Shown: positions 1 through 14,821 of the stretch, piece by piece
Numbering within the stretch: position 1 is the stretch's first letter
How the letters are laid out: every line of letters begins with the position of its first letter
Source of the DNA: Eledone cirrhosa
Taxonomy: Eukaryota
NCBI GenBank assembly: GCA_964016885.1
Contig: OZ024742.1
Location: 74,152,001 to 74,216,000 of the forward strand
Reading direction: 5' to 3'
Length of the DNA: 64,000 nt
Program-made: the position numbers and the translations under genes
The notes under the pieces: generated by a model
Databases searched by the model: none
Seen by the model: only the letters and a program-made list of their open reading frames with translations
Told to the model about the DNA's origin: nothing

Positions 1-91
1 TATGTATGTATGTATGTATGTATGTATGTATGTATGTATGTATGTATGTATGTATGTATGTATGTATGTATGTATGTGTGAGTGTATGTAT

Positions 92-141
<50 letters not shown>
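1..141. repeat. (TATG)n and (TA)n microsatellite; representative of dozens of (TA)n, (CA)n and (GA)n tracts across the window
   Basis: Direct reading of the sequence. Confidence 0.95.
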
Positions 142-144
<3 letters not shown>

Positions 145-903
145 GTTCAAATTCATCTACGGAGCGGGTTTTGATTTTGAAATTTAGATTTGTCCAGGAA
201 TCACGGCCTTTGCCAATATAAGCTTGTCTTTATTGACTTATATCGAGACAGACAAATTGTATTCACTTTAATTAGTTTATTTCATTAATAGCTAACTTTG
301 TCTGTTACAATGCAAATACGTTTTGTGTTTATCATATATATTAATGTATTTAACTGCTCGGAAATGCCCCTTTCTTGGAGCTGATTTATTGTAAACGACT
401 GAGAGTTTAATCTCAAATTATAATATAGTATATTGCTCCTTAACTGTAGAGCTGATCTTTAATCCCGCATAAACGGCTGTTATTTCTAGCACCGGGAATG
501 CGGGACGGCTAGTTTGGCCTGGCTAGACACACGTGTAGTCAGACCTGCAAAATTTTTTATGGTGAAATGTACTAATTTTACTGGGTTCCTGTTGATAAGC
601 ACAGAAGATTTGGATATTTCACTTTTTATTTCAATTCCATTTCGATTCTCTTTATTTTTCAATTCATGTACCATCGTTGCGAAACATATTTAGGTTTCGA
701 AGTTCAAATTCATCTACGGAGCGGGTTTGGATTTTGAAATTTAGATTTGTCCAGGAATCACGGCCTTTGCCAATATAAGCTTGTCTTTATTGACTTATAT
801 CGAGACAGACAAATTGTATTCACTTTAATTAGTTTATTTCATTAATAGCTAACTTTGTCTGTTACAATGCAAACACGTTTTGTGTTTATCATATATATTA
901 ATG

Positions 904-905
<2 letters not shown>
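142..905 (+). mobile_element. Non-autonomous PLE/retrozyme-like partial tandem (560-bp unit plus ~200-bp direct repeat)
   Basis: 142-345 is repeated almost exactly at 702-905; (TA)n flanks both sides; hammerhead-like motif just before the unit boundary. Confidence 0.6.
588..694 (+). ncRNA. Candidate hammerhead ribozyme, U3-A8 core, long stem II
   Basis: cctg TTGATAA gca...(~75 nt)...tgc GAAA cata TT tagg; stem I cctg/tagg. Confidence 0.4.
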
Positions 906-942
<37 letters not shown>

Positions 943-1167
943 TGAGTTAGAAACTCATTAAGGTCCATTACAATTAAAATTAGCTCAAGGAAAAAAAAAA
1001 TTTCCGGGTCGTGTAATATAATTCAATAAAGAGAGAAGAACACACCTGTATTCAGATTAACAAATCTGCTAGGTTGAACGGCATACTAACTAAACAAAAC
1101 GGTCAGCCAGACTCAATTTAAAGAAAAATTAAGAAAAAACAAACCGTTTGTGACAACTATCGAGAAC

Positions 1168-1240
1168 ATCCAGACAGTATATGGTAAATTGTTTCGCATT
1201 CATTGAAGGGTATTACCAATTCTTCTGCTCGTCAGTGGAT
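1168..1240 (-). ncRNA. Type I hammerhead ribozyme
   Basis: Reverse complement: atcca CTGACGA gca...tgc GAAA ca-(13 nt)-tg TC tggat; 5-bp stem I, GUC cleavage triplet. Confidence 0.75.
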
Positions 1241-1262
1241 GTAAGAAATTAGTAAACCCCTC

Positions 1263-2950
<1,688 letters not shown>

Positions 2951-3227
2951 GAGTCTTAATTTTCAATGCGAATCCCAAAAGCCCTGAAATATAGGATAGT
3001 GAATTCAGTCATTGCAATACAGAGTATAGTATAATATGTTGATTCTTTGAAGAATCTATGAGGTCTAGCGGAGTCTGAATATTCCCGACAGTGAAGCAGC
3101 AATGCATGTTCTAGGTAGGCGGTAGACAGAGCTCAATGCAGCCAAAATCCGAGTGGTGTGTAGTTAGTCCCATGCTGGCGATAGCTGTACACTGGAGTCA
3201 GTGCTGCTGTTCATTATTACATCTGAA

Positions 3228-3420
3228 AGCGCGGTGGATTGGCAGTATCGGTGGAGAGTCGGACGTCATGCTTTCCAGCATATTTACGTCGCTTTACGAT
3301 CTGAGTTCAAATCCCGCCGAAGTTGACTTGGCCTTTCATCCTTACGGGGTCGATAAAATAAAGTACCAGTAATGCACTGGGTATTTGCTGGCCTTGTGCC
3401 TAAAGTAGAAACAATTATTA
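3228..3420 (+). mobile_element. tRNA-derived SINE
   Basis: B-box-like GAGTTCAAATCC, conserved core GCCTTTCATCCTTACGGGGTCGATAAAATAAAGTACCAG, (ATT)n tail; many copies in the window. Confidence 0.85.
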
Positions 3421-3649
3421 CATCTGAAAGCGCTCGACATTTCCTGGAGCATTATTTATTTAGGTTTGTTGGTTTACCACTGGATAGAACTGGTCATTCC
3501 GTATGGTCAACTTCGATGTAATATTATGGAAAGCACTCAACGTAATGCAACTCACCCGTCTTCTTTTGTGTAGTTGGTGGTGCGAGTACGGAGTTAATTA
3601 TTACAAAATATCAGGAGGCTGGACTGTGTAATTCCTTGAAAGGTTTATT

Positions 3650-3707
3650 ATACTATGATCATTTCAATGACCGGGTTCAGTATGAATCCGATGACATCAT
3701 CAGGTAT
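3650..3707 (-). ncRNA. Type I hammerhead ribozyme
   Basis: Reverse complement: atac CTGATGA tgtcatcggattca-tac-tgaacccggtcatt GAAA tgatca TA gtat; palindromic stem III ATGATCAT. Confidence 0.8.
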
Positions 3708-3882
3708 TTGAAATATATCAAAGGAATACAATAGACACAATCCATATATATATATATATAGGCCTGGAGAGAGATGGGCCCCGCTATGTTTAAAATGCCC
3801 AAGAAACGCTGTATGTCAATACGGTACGGTGCCCTTACGACTCTATCAGGAACTACGGGACCATACTGACACAGACACACAC

Positions 3883-3918
<36 letters not shown>

Positions 3919-4397
3919 GTGTGTGTCTGTATATATATATATATATATATGTATGTTCTTCTGGTTTTATAATTTCACAATTTTTTGCCAATAGAGAGAG
4001 AGTCGGTTTCTAACATAGACACAAGACTCTCTCATTGGAATTTACACAACATCAACTAGGTAGATATGTATGCATGCATGTGTAGATATGGATGTTATTG
4101 TATGTGTGGATGTGTATATTTTGAGTTGTATGTGTGCATGTGTATATGCATTGTATCTGTACATGTGTATATGCAGTTATTAGATGCAACATTTTTGGAA
4201 TGTTTTACGTATGTATGTATGTATGTATGTATGTATGTATGTATGTATGTATGTATGTATGTATGTATGCATGTATGTATAACCATTTATATAGGTTGAA
4301 TGCTTCTTTTTATCTGCTTCACAACCGACATACCATGGTGTGATCCGCACAACCCTGTTCTATTAACCCCTTACTATATATATATATATATATATAT

Positions 4398-5935
4398 ATG
4401 AATAAAATTAGTCCTTCATCAGTGATCTTCCAACTTTCATTGGTATTTCATCGCTTTAAAAATCATATACCTCTGGTTGGTGCGAGCAATAACTAAATAA
4501 AGTTATTGGGACAAGTGAAATAGGGTGAAACGAGCGAGACATGTAAACAAACAGAGATGGTATTGCAACGGAAAGATAGGAAGAGACATGTACATGATAT
4601 CTATAAGCTTAAGCTTTGTGAATTCATGGACGAGAGATACAGACCATCCGACATGGGTGAGATGTGAGAGAGAAAAGGATTAGACACAGGTCAAACGGGA
4701 GAAAATGAGAGAGGGGGAGAAGCAGAGAGTGAGTGAGTGGAAGTGTGAGGAAGAGGCCAGCCGAGAGAGAGTGTGACTGGCAGAGGGGGTAAAAAGAAGG
4801 TGAGAGATACAGAGAGAGGGGAAGCAGTAAGAAAGAAACAGACAATTGCAGCTGAGGAAAAAATATAAATATAAGAAAAATGGAGTGCTGCGTTGTTGCA
4901 CATGGGTTACATATGAATAAAATTAGTCCTTCATTAGTGATCTTCCAACTTTCATTGGTATTTCATCGCTTTAAAAATCATATACCTCTAGTTGGTGCGA
5001 GCAATAACTAAATAAAGTTATTGGGACAAGTGAAATAGGGTGAACCGAGCGAGACATGTAAACAAACAACGATGGTATTGCAACGGAAAGATAGGAAGAG
5101 ACAAGTACATAATATCTGTAAGCTTAAGCTTTGTGCATTCATGGACGAGAGATACAGACCATCCGACATGGGTGAGATGTGAGCGAGAAAAGGATTTCAC
5201 ACAGGTCAAACGGGAGAAAGTGAGAGAGGGGAAGAAGCAGAGAGTGAGTGAGTGGAAGTGTGAGGAAGAGGCCAGCCGAGAGAGAGTGTGACTGGCAGAG
5301 GGGGGTAAAAAGAAGGTGAGAGATACAGAGAGAGGGGAAGCAGTAAGAAAGAAACAGACAATTGCAGCTGAGGAAAAAATATAAATATAAGAAAAATGGA
5401 GTGCTACGTGGTTGCACATGGGTTACATATGAATAAAATTAGTCCTTCATCAGTGATCTTCCAACTTTCATTGGTATTTCATAGCTTTAAAAATCATATA
5501 CCTCTAGTTGGTGCGAGCAATAACTAAATAAAGTTATTGGGACAAGTGAAATAGGGTGAACCGAGCGAGACATGTAAACAAACAACGATGGTATTGCAAC
5601 GGAAAGATAGGAAGAGACAAGTACATAATATCTGTAAGCTTAAGCTTTGTGTATTCATGGACGAGAGATACAGACCATCCGACATGGATGAGATGTGAGC
5701 GAGAAAAGGATTTCACACAGGTCAAACGGGAGAAAGTGAGAGAGGGGAAGAAGCAGAGAGTGAGTGAGTGGAAGTGTGAGGAAGAGGCTAGCCGAGAGAG
5801 AGTGTGACTGGTAGAGAGGGTAAAAAGAAGGTGAGAGATACAGAGAGAGGGGAAGCAGTAAGAAAGAAACAGACAATCGCAGCTGAAGAAAAACTATAAA
5901 TATAAGAAAATTGGAGTGCTGCGTGGTTGCACATA
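4398..5935 (-). mobile_element. Three head-to-tail ~516-bp units of a non-autonomous PLE-like repeat
   Basis: Units start near 4398, 4913 and 5429 and are near-identical; start at a (TA)n tract; diverged relatives at 7425-7990 and 59892-60490. Confidence 0.75.
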
Positions 5936-6244
5936 TCAATATATATAGTCTGCGGTGCTGAAACCGACGAGACCACAAACCATGCGAGTACTCAATGTAT
6001 GGGGAGATGGGGGAGATGCAATGTGGGTATAGAGATAGGTATAATCCCGACGGCGGCGCCAAGCTTTTGCGAAAAAGTTTGCTGAACACACAAGCCGAAA
6101 CCGCTAACACACGCAGAAATATTCATATGGTTGACTAAATACACACGAACTTTTTTCTGAATACATACATGTTTTTTCTCAAACAAATTTTCCGTATCTT
6201 TTTCTCACTCTCTATCTTTCTATTTTATCTTTTATTCCTCATTC

Positions 6245-6282
6245 TATATTCTGATGAAGGACTAATGTCCGAAACATAAAAA
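6245..6282 (+). ncRNA. Degenerate minimal hammerhead
   Basis: CTGATGA a ggac taat gtcc GAAA cat; stem III mutated relative to the 7201-7236 copy. Confidence 0.5.
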
Positions 6283-7200
6283 CTCTTTTCCTACTGTATG
6301 GAGCGTTTCATTAATATATTTCTTCATTGTACTACGTTGTTCGCCTTGTTGTTTCCGTTTACGTTTTGCATAAATTTACTGACAAGATTGTTCTAACTGC
6401 AGATGCACAGACACTCTGTTACCTCTCTCAACAATTCTACTGCAACTAGAATGGCCTCTACTCTTCGAACCTAGCTGACCTTCTCTCACCTCTACTCAGA
6501 CATTCCTCAGGCATTCCGTCTCGCTCTTTTCTTTCATTATCACCCATTTTGTGTCTAAACTACTGGGGCCCCGCGATAACCACTACGCCAATTCCTTCCT
6601 CCCTATATACAAACATACATACATATGTACATATAAAGCGTGGGCACAGCATGGACGAATGATGAAGAAGATCACTTTACAATCATCAAGTCTTGGGCAA
6701 GTGCCAATGGCCAGTCTTATCATATACTGTAGCATACTGAATCACCGGGGAATAACGTTATGGGTACACATATATGAGGAATGCCACTTATACGATAATT
6801 TAATGAGTAGTCTGTTCCGTTGAACGAACATTTGGAACACTAATCGTCGAAACCGACGGAGGTCCATTCCATTACATATACACGCACTCACACATTAACA
6901 CATAATACACACTGAGTTCTCTCTATTACAAATTTTTAAAGTTGAAGTTGTATATTTAGTAGACAGAACATGCTTACCTGACACAAAATTACACAAAACG
7001 AACTATATATATATGTAGTCCGAGGAGACAACAAACAGGTAAAAAAATGACTTATTAGTTTCACGCTTTATATTGGAAAGAGGAAAGACAGTTCGACGTA
7101 TATATATATGTATGTAAAAGGTAAACAGAAATAACAACACAATCGGTATAGTATATGGAAGGTATATATTAGGTTAACGCTTGATATAGCAGGAAGAGGG

Positions 7201-7236
7201 TCTTAACGTTTCGGACGCTAGTCCTTCATCAGAAGA
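7201..7236 (-). ncRNA. Minimal type I hammerhead ribozyme
   Basis: Reverse complement: tctt CTGATGA a ggac tagc gtcc GAAA cg TT aaga; loopless palindromic stem III ACGT; decayed copy near 52612-52647. Confidence 0.8.
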
Positions 7237-7997
7237 AAGAATGAGAAATAAAATAGATTGAAGGGACGGGCGGGATGGAATTGGAAAAAATGTATTTACC
7301 AGGTGGACCATAACGCACCAGAGTACTCGATACTTAGGATAGTAGAGTGGGTAATAGGAAAAGAGTCAGGACCCCGACGGCTGATCTCAGGCTGTTTCGA
7401 CAGCTAGATCCTTTATTATTCTTAATTGCAGCAACACAGCTCGCCATTTTTGATTTATATATGCTTTCCTCTTCGCTGTGACCTGTCTTTTTCTCTTCCC
7501 TTACTGCTATCTTCTTTCTCTCTCCCCCTTCTCTCTCCTTCTCCCTCTTACTTTCACCCACCCCCTCTGCTAGTCACCCTCTCTCGGCTAGCCTTTTCCT
7601 CGCACTTTCACTCACTCACTCTCTGCTACTCACCCTCTCTCTCACTTCCTCCATCGCCCCACACCGCACGCGATCCTTTTTCTCGCTCACATCAGTACGG
7701 CTAAGATGTGTCTTTACCTCCTAGTCAAAAAAATTCTCACATTCTTATGTTCGAAATGAATTATTGACTTGATTTTTTTCATTGTTTCCTCTCTTTACGT
7801 TGCCTCACCATTCATGTTTGTTTACCTGTCTCTCTTTCTCCACCCAACTCTTTTTATCCCAATAACTTATTTTAGTTATTGTGTCGCCCTAACTGGAGGT
7901 ATATTGTCTGTTATGCGAAGAAATACCTATGAGGTCTAGTAGACAACTGATGATGGATATTCCTAACTTCTATTTCTAATTCTTTATTTATTATATT

Positions 7998-8118
<121 letters not shown>

Positions 8119-8270
8119 TTACAGTATTAACAATTGTTTCATTGATTCCGGGGAACTTGCCCCCCAAGGAAACCTCTTGTTGAGTCAAACAACGCTGTAC
8201 GTTAAAACTATCCACAATACAGAGTACTCACAGCCTCTAACTGGATTACCTATAGCGATAATTTGTTATC

Positions 8271-8402
<132 letters not shown>

Positions 8403-8541
8403 CATATATGAAAAATTTAGGACCCTGACGGCTGAGCTCTCGCCGTTTCAACAGCTTTTCCTATTACCCACTCTACCACTCTACTACTCTAAGTATCGAG
8501 TACTCTGGTATAATGGCCTAACTGGTTTATACCGCCTCCAT

Positions 8542-8596
<55 letters not shown>

Positions 8597-8934
8597 GAAA
8601 GAAAGTGTGGTAAGAAACCAGGTGGACCATAACGCACCAGAGTACTCGATACTTAGAGTAGTAGAGTGGGTAATAGGAAAAGAGGCAGAACGACCGGAGC
8701 TTATATATATACATATATATACATATTTCCTATGTTTATATGTATATATATATATATATATGCATATATCGAAGAAACAACACCACGCGTTCGGTCGGCC
8801 CCCTGTATCATGAACAGAAATTCTTTTTCTGGGAAATGATTGGATTTTTCCAAATTTAAAGGTTTTATGTAGGAACTTTCAATGTGTGTGTGAGAAATAA
8901 AATTTCGTTTTCATTTTGTTTCAATTTATCGTTT

Positions 8935-9215
8935 TCGGTATGCCTGACCGATTTAACTCACTCAATATGCAAATTAGGCTGCTCAGCCGTTAATTTTCAT
9001 AAGGAAAGTATATACTTTCGAACGTTCAACTATCTGGCAGATGGGTAAACGGTGCAGATGATAGCTAACAAGCTTGAAACTAGTACATCGTTCCTGTGTC
9101 AGTGTTGAACAAAAAGGTGACGTGGTTGCCTTAACACCGTATGGCATAAATTCAGGCTGTTCAGTTTGTTTACAAACGAACAAAGCGACGTTATAATAAG
9201 CGCCGCTAAACTGAT
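8935..9215 (+). mobile_element. PLE-type end with hammerhead at 9050-9090
   Basis: cggtg CAGATGA t agct aaca agct t GAAA ctag TA catcg. The paralog at 32665-32945 (motif 32789-32829) has CTGATAA; the consensus of the two is an intact core. Confidence 0.65.
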
Positions 9216-9334
9216 ACGTGCATATATGTATGTGTACCTGTATGCATATGTATGTATATATGTATATATATATATATATGTGCATGCTACTGTACGTCTG
9301 TATACATATATGTATGTACGTATACATGCATACT

Positions 9335-9427
<93 letters not shown>

Positions 9428-9958
9428 ATTATACCAGTTTGAATTAGTAAGACCATAGTTCAGCAGGGTACTCGATACTTGGGATAGTAGGGTGTAAATA
9501 TAATATGGAATTTGCTGTTGAAAGAGCTCAGCCGCTGGGCCTTGACTCTCCACTATATATATGTATATAGTTATGTGGGTGTAACCACACCAGCGAATGA
9601 GAAAGGTACTATATGGTGGTACCACTCTCAAGAAATAGCAGTCAAATCACCCTCAAACCACATCCAACCGCCTGCAAAGACAGAAGGAAGGATTCGATAA
9701 TGTTATACTCAGTTCTAACAACACTGGGCGGATGGTCTTGGCTGGAAAACCATTGCATCCTAAATTATTGGGCAGTTAATCAAAACAAAAACATATATCG
9801 CTTCTATACATATACATCCATGCGTAACACAGACAGACACACATACACACATTATAAATACACACACATGTATGATTGTATTAATACATATATATATATA
9901 TATATATATATATGTGCGTGTATGTATATATATATATATATATGCGTGTATGTGTATG

Positions 9959-9990
<32 letters not shown>

Positions 9991-10095
9991 CATACATATG
10001 TATATATATATACATACTATCCAGGAGTTTCCAACAGTAATGGTTGCATTCTTTAAGGGTATGTCAATATTTATTTATAAAACTGCTCTATATTA

Positions 10096-10160
10096 TATTT
10101 TATCTGATGAAAGCACACCATAATTTAACTTGGTGTCCTTGAAATATGTATAATGAAATA
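10096..10160 (+). ncRNA. Type I hammerhead ribozyme
   Basis: tattttat CTGATGA aagcacacca...tggtgtcctt GAAA tatgta TA atgaaata; 8-bp stem I. Confidence 0.75.
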
Positions 10161-10278
10161 AATATGGTTTTATAAATATAGTTTCCATTTGATAATATCG
10201 TATATATATATATATATATTGAAGTGAAAGCAACTGGTGCGTGGTTTTCTTATTGGCAACATGACCCTCCCAAAGTAT

Positions 10279-10338
<60 letters not shown>

Positions 10339-10375
10339 ATAATAATAAATTTGAAGACTAAAATCTGTTATTTTA

Positions 10376-10419
<44 letters not shown>

Positions 10420-10474
10420 GTGTGTGTGTATATGTGTGTGTGTGTGTATGCATGTATATATAAATATAACGGAG

Positions 10475-10640
10475 TTGTGGTAAGGAACGAGATGGACCAT
10501 AACGCAGCAGAGTACTCAATACTTAGGGTAGTAGAGTGGGTAATAGGAGAAAGTATGACCCCGACGGCAGAGCTCAAGCCGTTTCGACGGCTATTTCTGA
10601 AATAGTCCAGAAATAGCCGTCGAAACGGCTTGAGCTCTGC
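10475..10640 (-). mobile_element. Short PLE-like end with hammerhead 3' half and terminal fold-back
   Basis: Family also near 7300-7410, 8420-8520, 8605-8700, 9440-9550, 33545-33725, 52670-52720, 53355-53430 and 60700-60825; inverted repeat at 10568-10640. Confidence 0.6.
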
Positions 10641-11279
10641 TATATAGGAGAAAGTATATATATATATATATGCGTGTGTGTGTATATATATATACATACT
10701 GTATGTATATAAACTCACATTAATTTTGATATTGAGTGTGTTGTGTATGTATGTGTGTATACGCATGTGTATTTATGTATGTGCGTGCCCGCGCGCGCTA
10801 GTGTGTGTGAGTGTGTGAGTGTGTGTGTGTGTGTATGTATGTGTGTATGTGTGTGTGTATGTATGTGTGTATGTGTGTGTGTCTGTGTAGTGCCATATGC
10901 AGGACCATAAATGCATTATTACGTGCACCTCTGCATACATATGTATTCCTCTGTAGAACAACTTAACATGACGTCTTGGCACCGAAACCATCCAGATCAG
11001 TCCATTTTTGACATTGAGGGGTGAGATGTGTTGACAACAACACTTTCCTTTCTTTCATCATATAATGACTGTTTTATTGTTACCCTCTACCCATTCATCT
11101 ACTCCCTTCATTTAACCACCTTCCTCCGCTCTCTCCTTCTACTCCACACATTCAAGCCCCCTCCCCCTCTCTCACTTTCTATTCCACACCTTCTTCCCCT
11201 ACTACTATCCACTTTTTCCTTCTCCCTCTCACTCAACCTGTCTTATACTCTTTCTCTCGTTCTGCTTTTCTGTATTTTT

Positions 11280-12115
11280 GCTTCTGTTTTTCTCTCTCTT
11301 TCCCTCCCCTCTCTCAGTCACTGTTTTTTTCCCTCCCTCTACCACTCGCTGTCTCTCTTTCTCTCATTCTCTCACTTACTGTCTATCTTTCCCTCCCTCT
11401 ATTACTCGCTGTCTCTCTTTCCCCAATTCTCTCACTCACTGCCTTTTTCCCACCCTTTCTCACTCACTGTCTTACTTTCCCTCCCTCTCTCACTCGTTTT
11501 CGCTCTTTCCCACTCTCTCTCTCACTCAGTCTTACCTCCTCCCTCTCTCACTCGCTTTCTCTCAACACCTCTCTCTTTGTTCATCTATCTCACTCCTACC
11601 ACCCCTAACTACGTCACTCTCCTATTACAGCAACATTCTCCCCCGCTTCCTCCCTCTTTACTTCACTAGGACAGATTTTATCTCTCTTTTTATTTGTTTC
11701 TTTCCTTCTTTTGTTTTTATTTCCAAAATTACACACACGCACACTTATATACTCACACACGTACACACACACATGCACACAGAAATACGCTCACACACAC
11801 ACACGCGCACATGCACACAGAAATATGCTCACACACATCTCACACGCACACACACGCGCACACATACACACACGCACACATACACTCACGCCTGCATACA
11901 CAGAATTACACTCACATATGCACACCCAGAAATTCACACACACGCACACACTAACACACATACGTACATACAGGCCCGAGTACGCCCGTGTACACACGGA
12001 CGCATACACATAAGCTCACACTCAGATACACACAGACTCAGGTTCACACAAACACCTATACACACACTCAGACACGCACACAGACACAGGCATACACACA
12101 GACACCGACACAGGA
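11280..12115. repeat. CT-rich ~30-bp minisatellite followed by degenerate (CA)n
   Basis: Recurrent ctcactcactgtc...tttccctccctct units. Confidence 0.7.
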
Positions 12116-12329
12116 GTTTTCAACATCGTGGTCCTGTGTTCACTCCTGCTGTGTTACTACAATCTTGGGTGTTACTATAACCTCGAGTTGACCAATGCCT
12201 TGTCAGTGGAATTTGGTAGACAGAAACTGCAGAAGAGCCCGTTGTTTACGAAATTCGTTGATATTAACTCAACGGTCGTACACACACACGCACACACACG
12301 CACCCCCACCCCACACACATATATATACA

Positions 12330-12656
12330 CAGCGTACCCCCAGAATTCGCGGTCCAGGTTATTCGCGGAATTTTCCTCAGAACCTAACGAATAATCGTTC
12401 GTGGAAACCACCGTATATTAGCGGAATCGTAAATATCTTCCGCAATTTTTTAATGCCTTTTTTCGTGGCAATATTTATTTTTTCACGCTTTTTAACGCTA
12501 AATTATTAATAACAGGCCTATATTATTAATTTGCAGGCCTATATTGTACGTTATGTTTTGAAATTTATAGGCATTTTTATGGGCAACGTCCAATATTCGC
12601 GGTTTTTCACGTGCGCGGGTGCTTTTGGGTGAATACCGAATACCGGGAGACAACTG
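12330..12656. mobile_element. Tigger/pogo-like MITE
   Basis: CAG...CTG termini, imperfect terminal inverted repeats, TA on the right flank. Confidence 0.45.
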
Positions 12657-12664
12657 TATATATA

Positions 12665-12866
12665 CGAGGGTCGGCTGGAAAGTTCATAGGCTGACTCTGA
12701 AGGAGTGATGCTAGAGCTGTGAAATCTTATGAATCTAATTTCTACTCTCCTTATTCATAATTACATTGTTTCTTTCCAGGGACTATGTTGAAAAATAAAC
12801 TTCATCTCATTTGGTCATTCCATGAGAGTATCTTTGAAAGCCTATGAACTATTCAGCCGACTCTCG
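12665..12866. mobile_element. Tc1/mariner MITE
   Basis: TA|CGAGGGTCGGCTGGAAAGTTCATAGGCT ... AGCCTATGAACTATTCAGCCGACTCTCG|TA; second copy at 25294-25478. Confidence 0.8.
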
Positions 12867-14174
12867 TATGTATGAATGTGTGTGTTTAAGTTCATGTATG
12901 TGTTCGTGTTTATGTCTCGTAACTTAGCTGTTTCACATTAAGAAACTAATAGAATAAGTACTAGACTTTTAAAAAAGAACTAAGGCTGAGTTGGTCAACT
13001 TAATCATGGCAGTGTCCCAGCATAGTCGCACTCCAATGACTGAAACCAATAAAACAGTTAAAGAAAAGAGAATATGTATGCACATACCACACATATACAC
13101 ATATGTGATATCATCTATATGAGCTCGTACATACGTACACATGGCATACACACACCAAACATCTATGCACATACATAGGTCTATATGAGCACTCACTTAT
13201 CTATATACATGAAAATGGACGTACACTCTTTCACGCATATACACATACAAATGCATATTCGTAGACGCACACACGCGAAACACGCACACACACACTCCAA
13301 CATAGACATATACAATGAGACAAGTACACACATATATATATATAGACTGATACACACACATATAGACAGATACACACACGTTCACATAGCTACTCAAAGC
13401 ACACGCGCGCACGCACACACACAGACACACACACACACATACACACACAGTTATATAGAAATTATTCAGCTATAGGCATATACACATATATATCTATACA
13501 TACAGATACCAGCCAAGGCGGGAAGGGGAACGACGACAAGGTACCTCTATGTGATCACTCATCCTGTTTGAAATAGCAACTAAATCTCTCTGAACCCACA
13601 CTATCTCCTTAAAACAGGGAAGGACACATTGGATAGTGCTAGATTAAACCCAAACATGAGCTTGTTGAGTACCAATACGTTCAGTGGCCTTGATGAGTGG
13701 AAAAACACCAATTTTTATTTATTCAGTTGAAGAAGGATCATAATCTGAAACGTCATTTGTTTTCTGTCCATTCCTTACGGCAACCGAAGGTTCACGGGGT
13801 CACTCGACCTGCTAAAATTAAAACAAGTAGGTAGTTTAGTTTATCGAATAATTGAATGTTCATCGTTGAAACTGACCAAGGACCCATCATTTGTAAAGTA
13901 AGATCCGGATTCCGAGAAATTGAGGAAGATTTGGTTGCTAATAGTAGCAACTAAACCACCATCAACTTACACATGTCTGTCTTAAAAAAGGAAAGGGACG
14001 TTAGATAATGAGATCTATATACCTTCAAAAAGACATGATAGCCACGGCTGGAATGATTTCCACCAGAGGCCCTGTGTCTGCACAATAACAATCAATAAAA
14101 ACTTATTGATTCTCAACAAACTCTTCTTTGGATTAACTGTTATTGTTGTTCTTGATTCATACCCTTGCTAGTAT

Positions 14175-14567
14175 ATTCAGATCCCGGATTATAGTTCAAA
14201 TGATGGATACTTCGTCGGCTTCGACGATGAGCATTTAGTTACTCGATCGAATAAACTACTTTCTCGTTGAATTAACCTGAAAGTGGTTGATTATTTCACA
14301 AGCACGTGTATCCTTAACCTAATTCTCAGATATGATTAATTGTTTCTACAAGCCAGCAATTATCCCAGTGCAAGTACCAGTAATGCACTGGAATAATTGC
14401 TGGCCTTGTGCCAGAAGAATTAGGTTAAGGATACACGTGCTTATGAAATACTCAACCACTTTCAGGTTAATTCAACGAGCAAGTAGTTTATTCGATCGAA
14501 CAACTAAATGTTCATCGTCAGAGCCAGCGAAGTATCCATCATTTGAACTATAATCCGGGATCTGATA
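14175..14567. repeat. Diverged inverted repeat (~155-bp arms) enclosing inverted SINE tails
   Basis: tcagatcccggattatagttcaaatgatggatac... is mirrored by ...gtatccatcatttgaactataatccgggatctga. Confidence 0.75.
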
Positions 14568-14764
14568 CAGTGTGTGATAAGACTGGAGTTTTGAATTACA
14601 GGCAGAATCCATCCGAAAGGTTTCCATGCAATTTCCGCCTACCCAATTCACCCACAATAAGACACTCCCGCAAGATGCCGCGCAGTGGGAGAGATCTTAG
14701 GATCTCACCATTACAAAGTAAAGATGAGATCCTAACCACTCAGCCATGTCTACATCCTTTGCAC

Positions 14765-14821
<57 letters not shown>

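Noticed and set aside
3228-3320. tRNA gene suggested by A/B-box-like motifs
   Set aside because: No cloverleaf; it is the head of the SINE.
4847-4892. Plus-strand gcag CTGAGGA...GAAA...TG ctgc hammerhead-like match
   Set aside because: No credible stem II or III, G at the cleavage position, and probably the antisense strand of the element.
13722-13760. TTGAAGA aggat cata atct GAAACGTC hammerhead-like motif
   Set aside because: Stem I barely pairs and the core is mismatched; at best a decayed relic.
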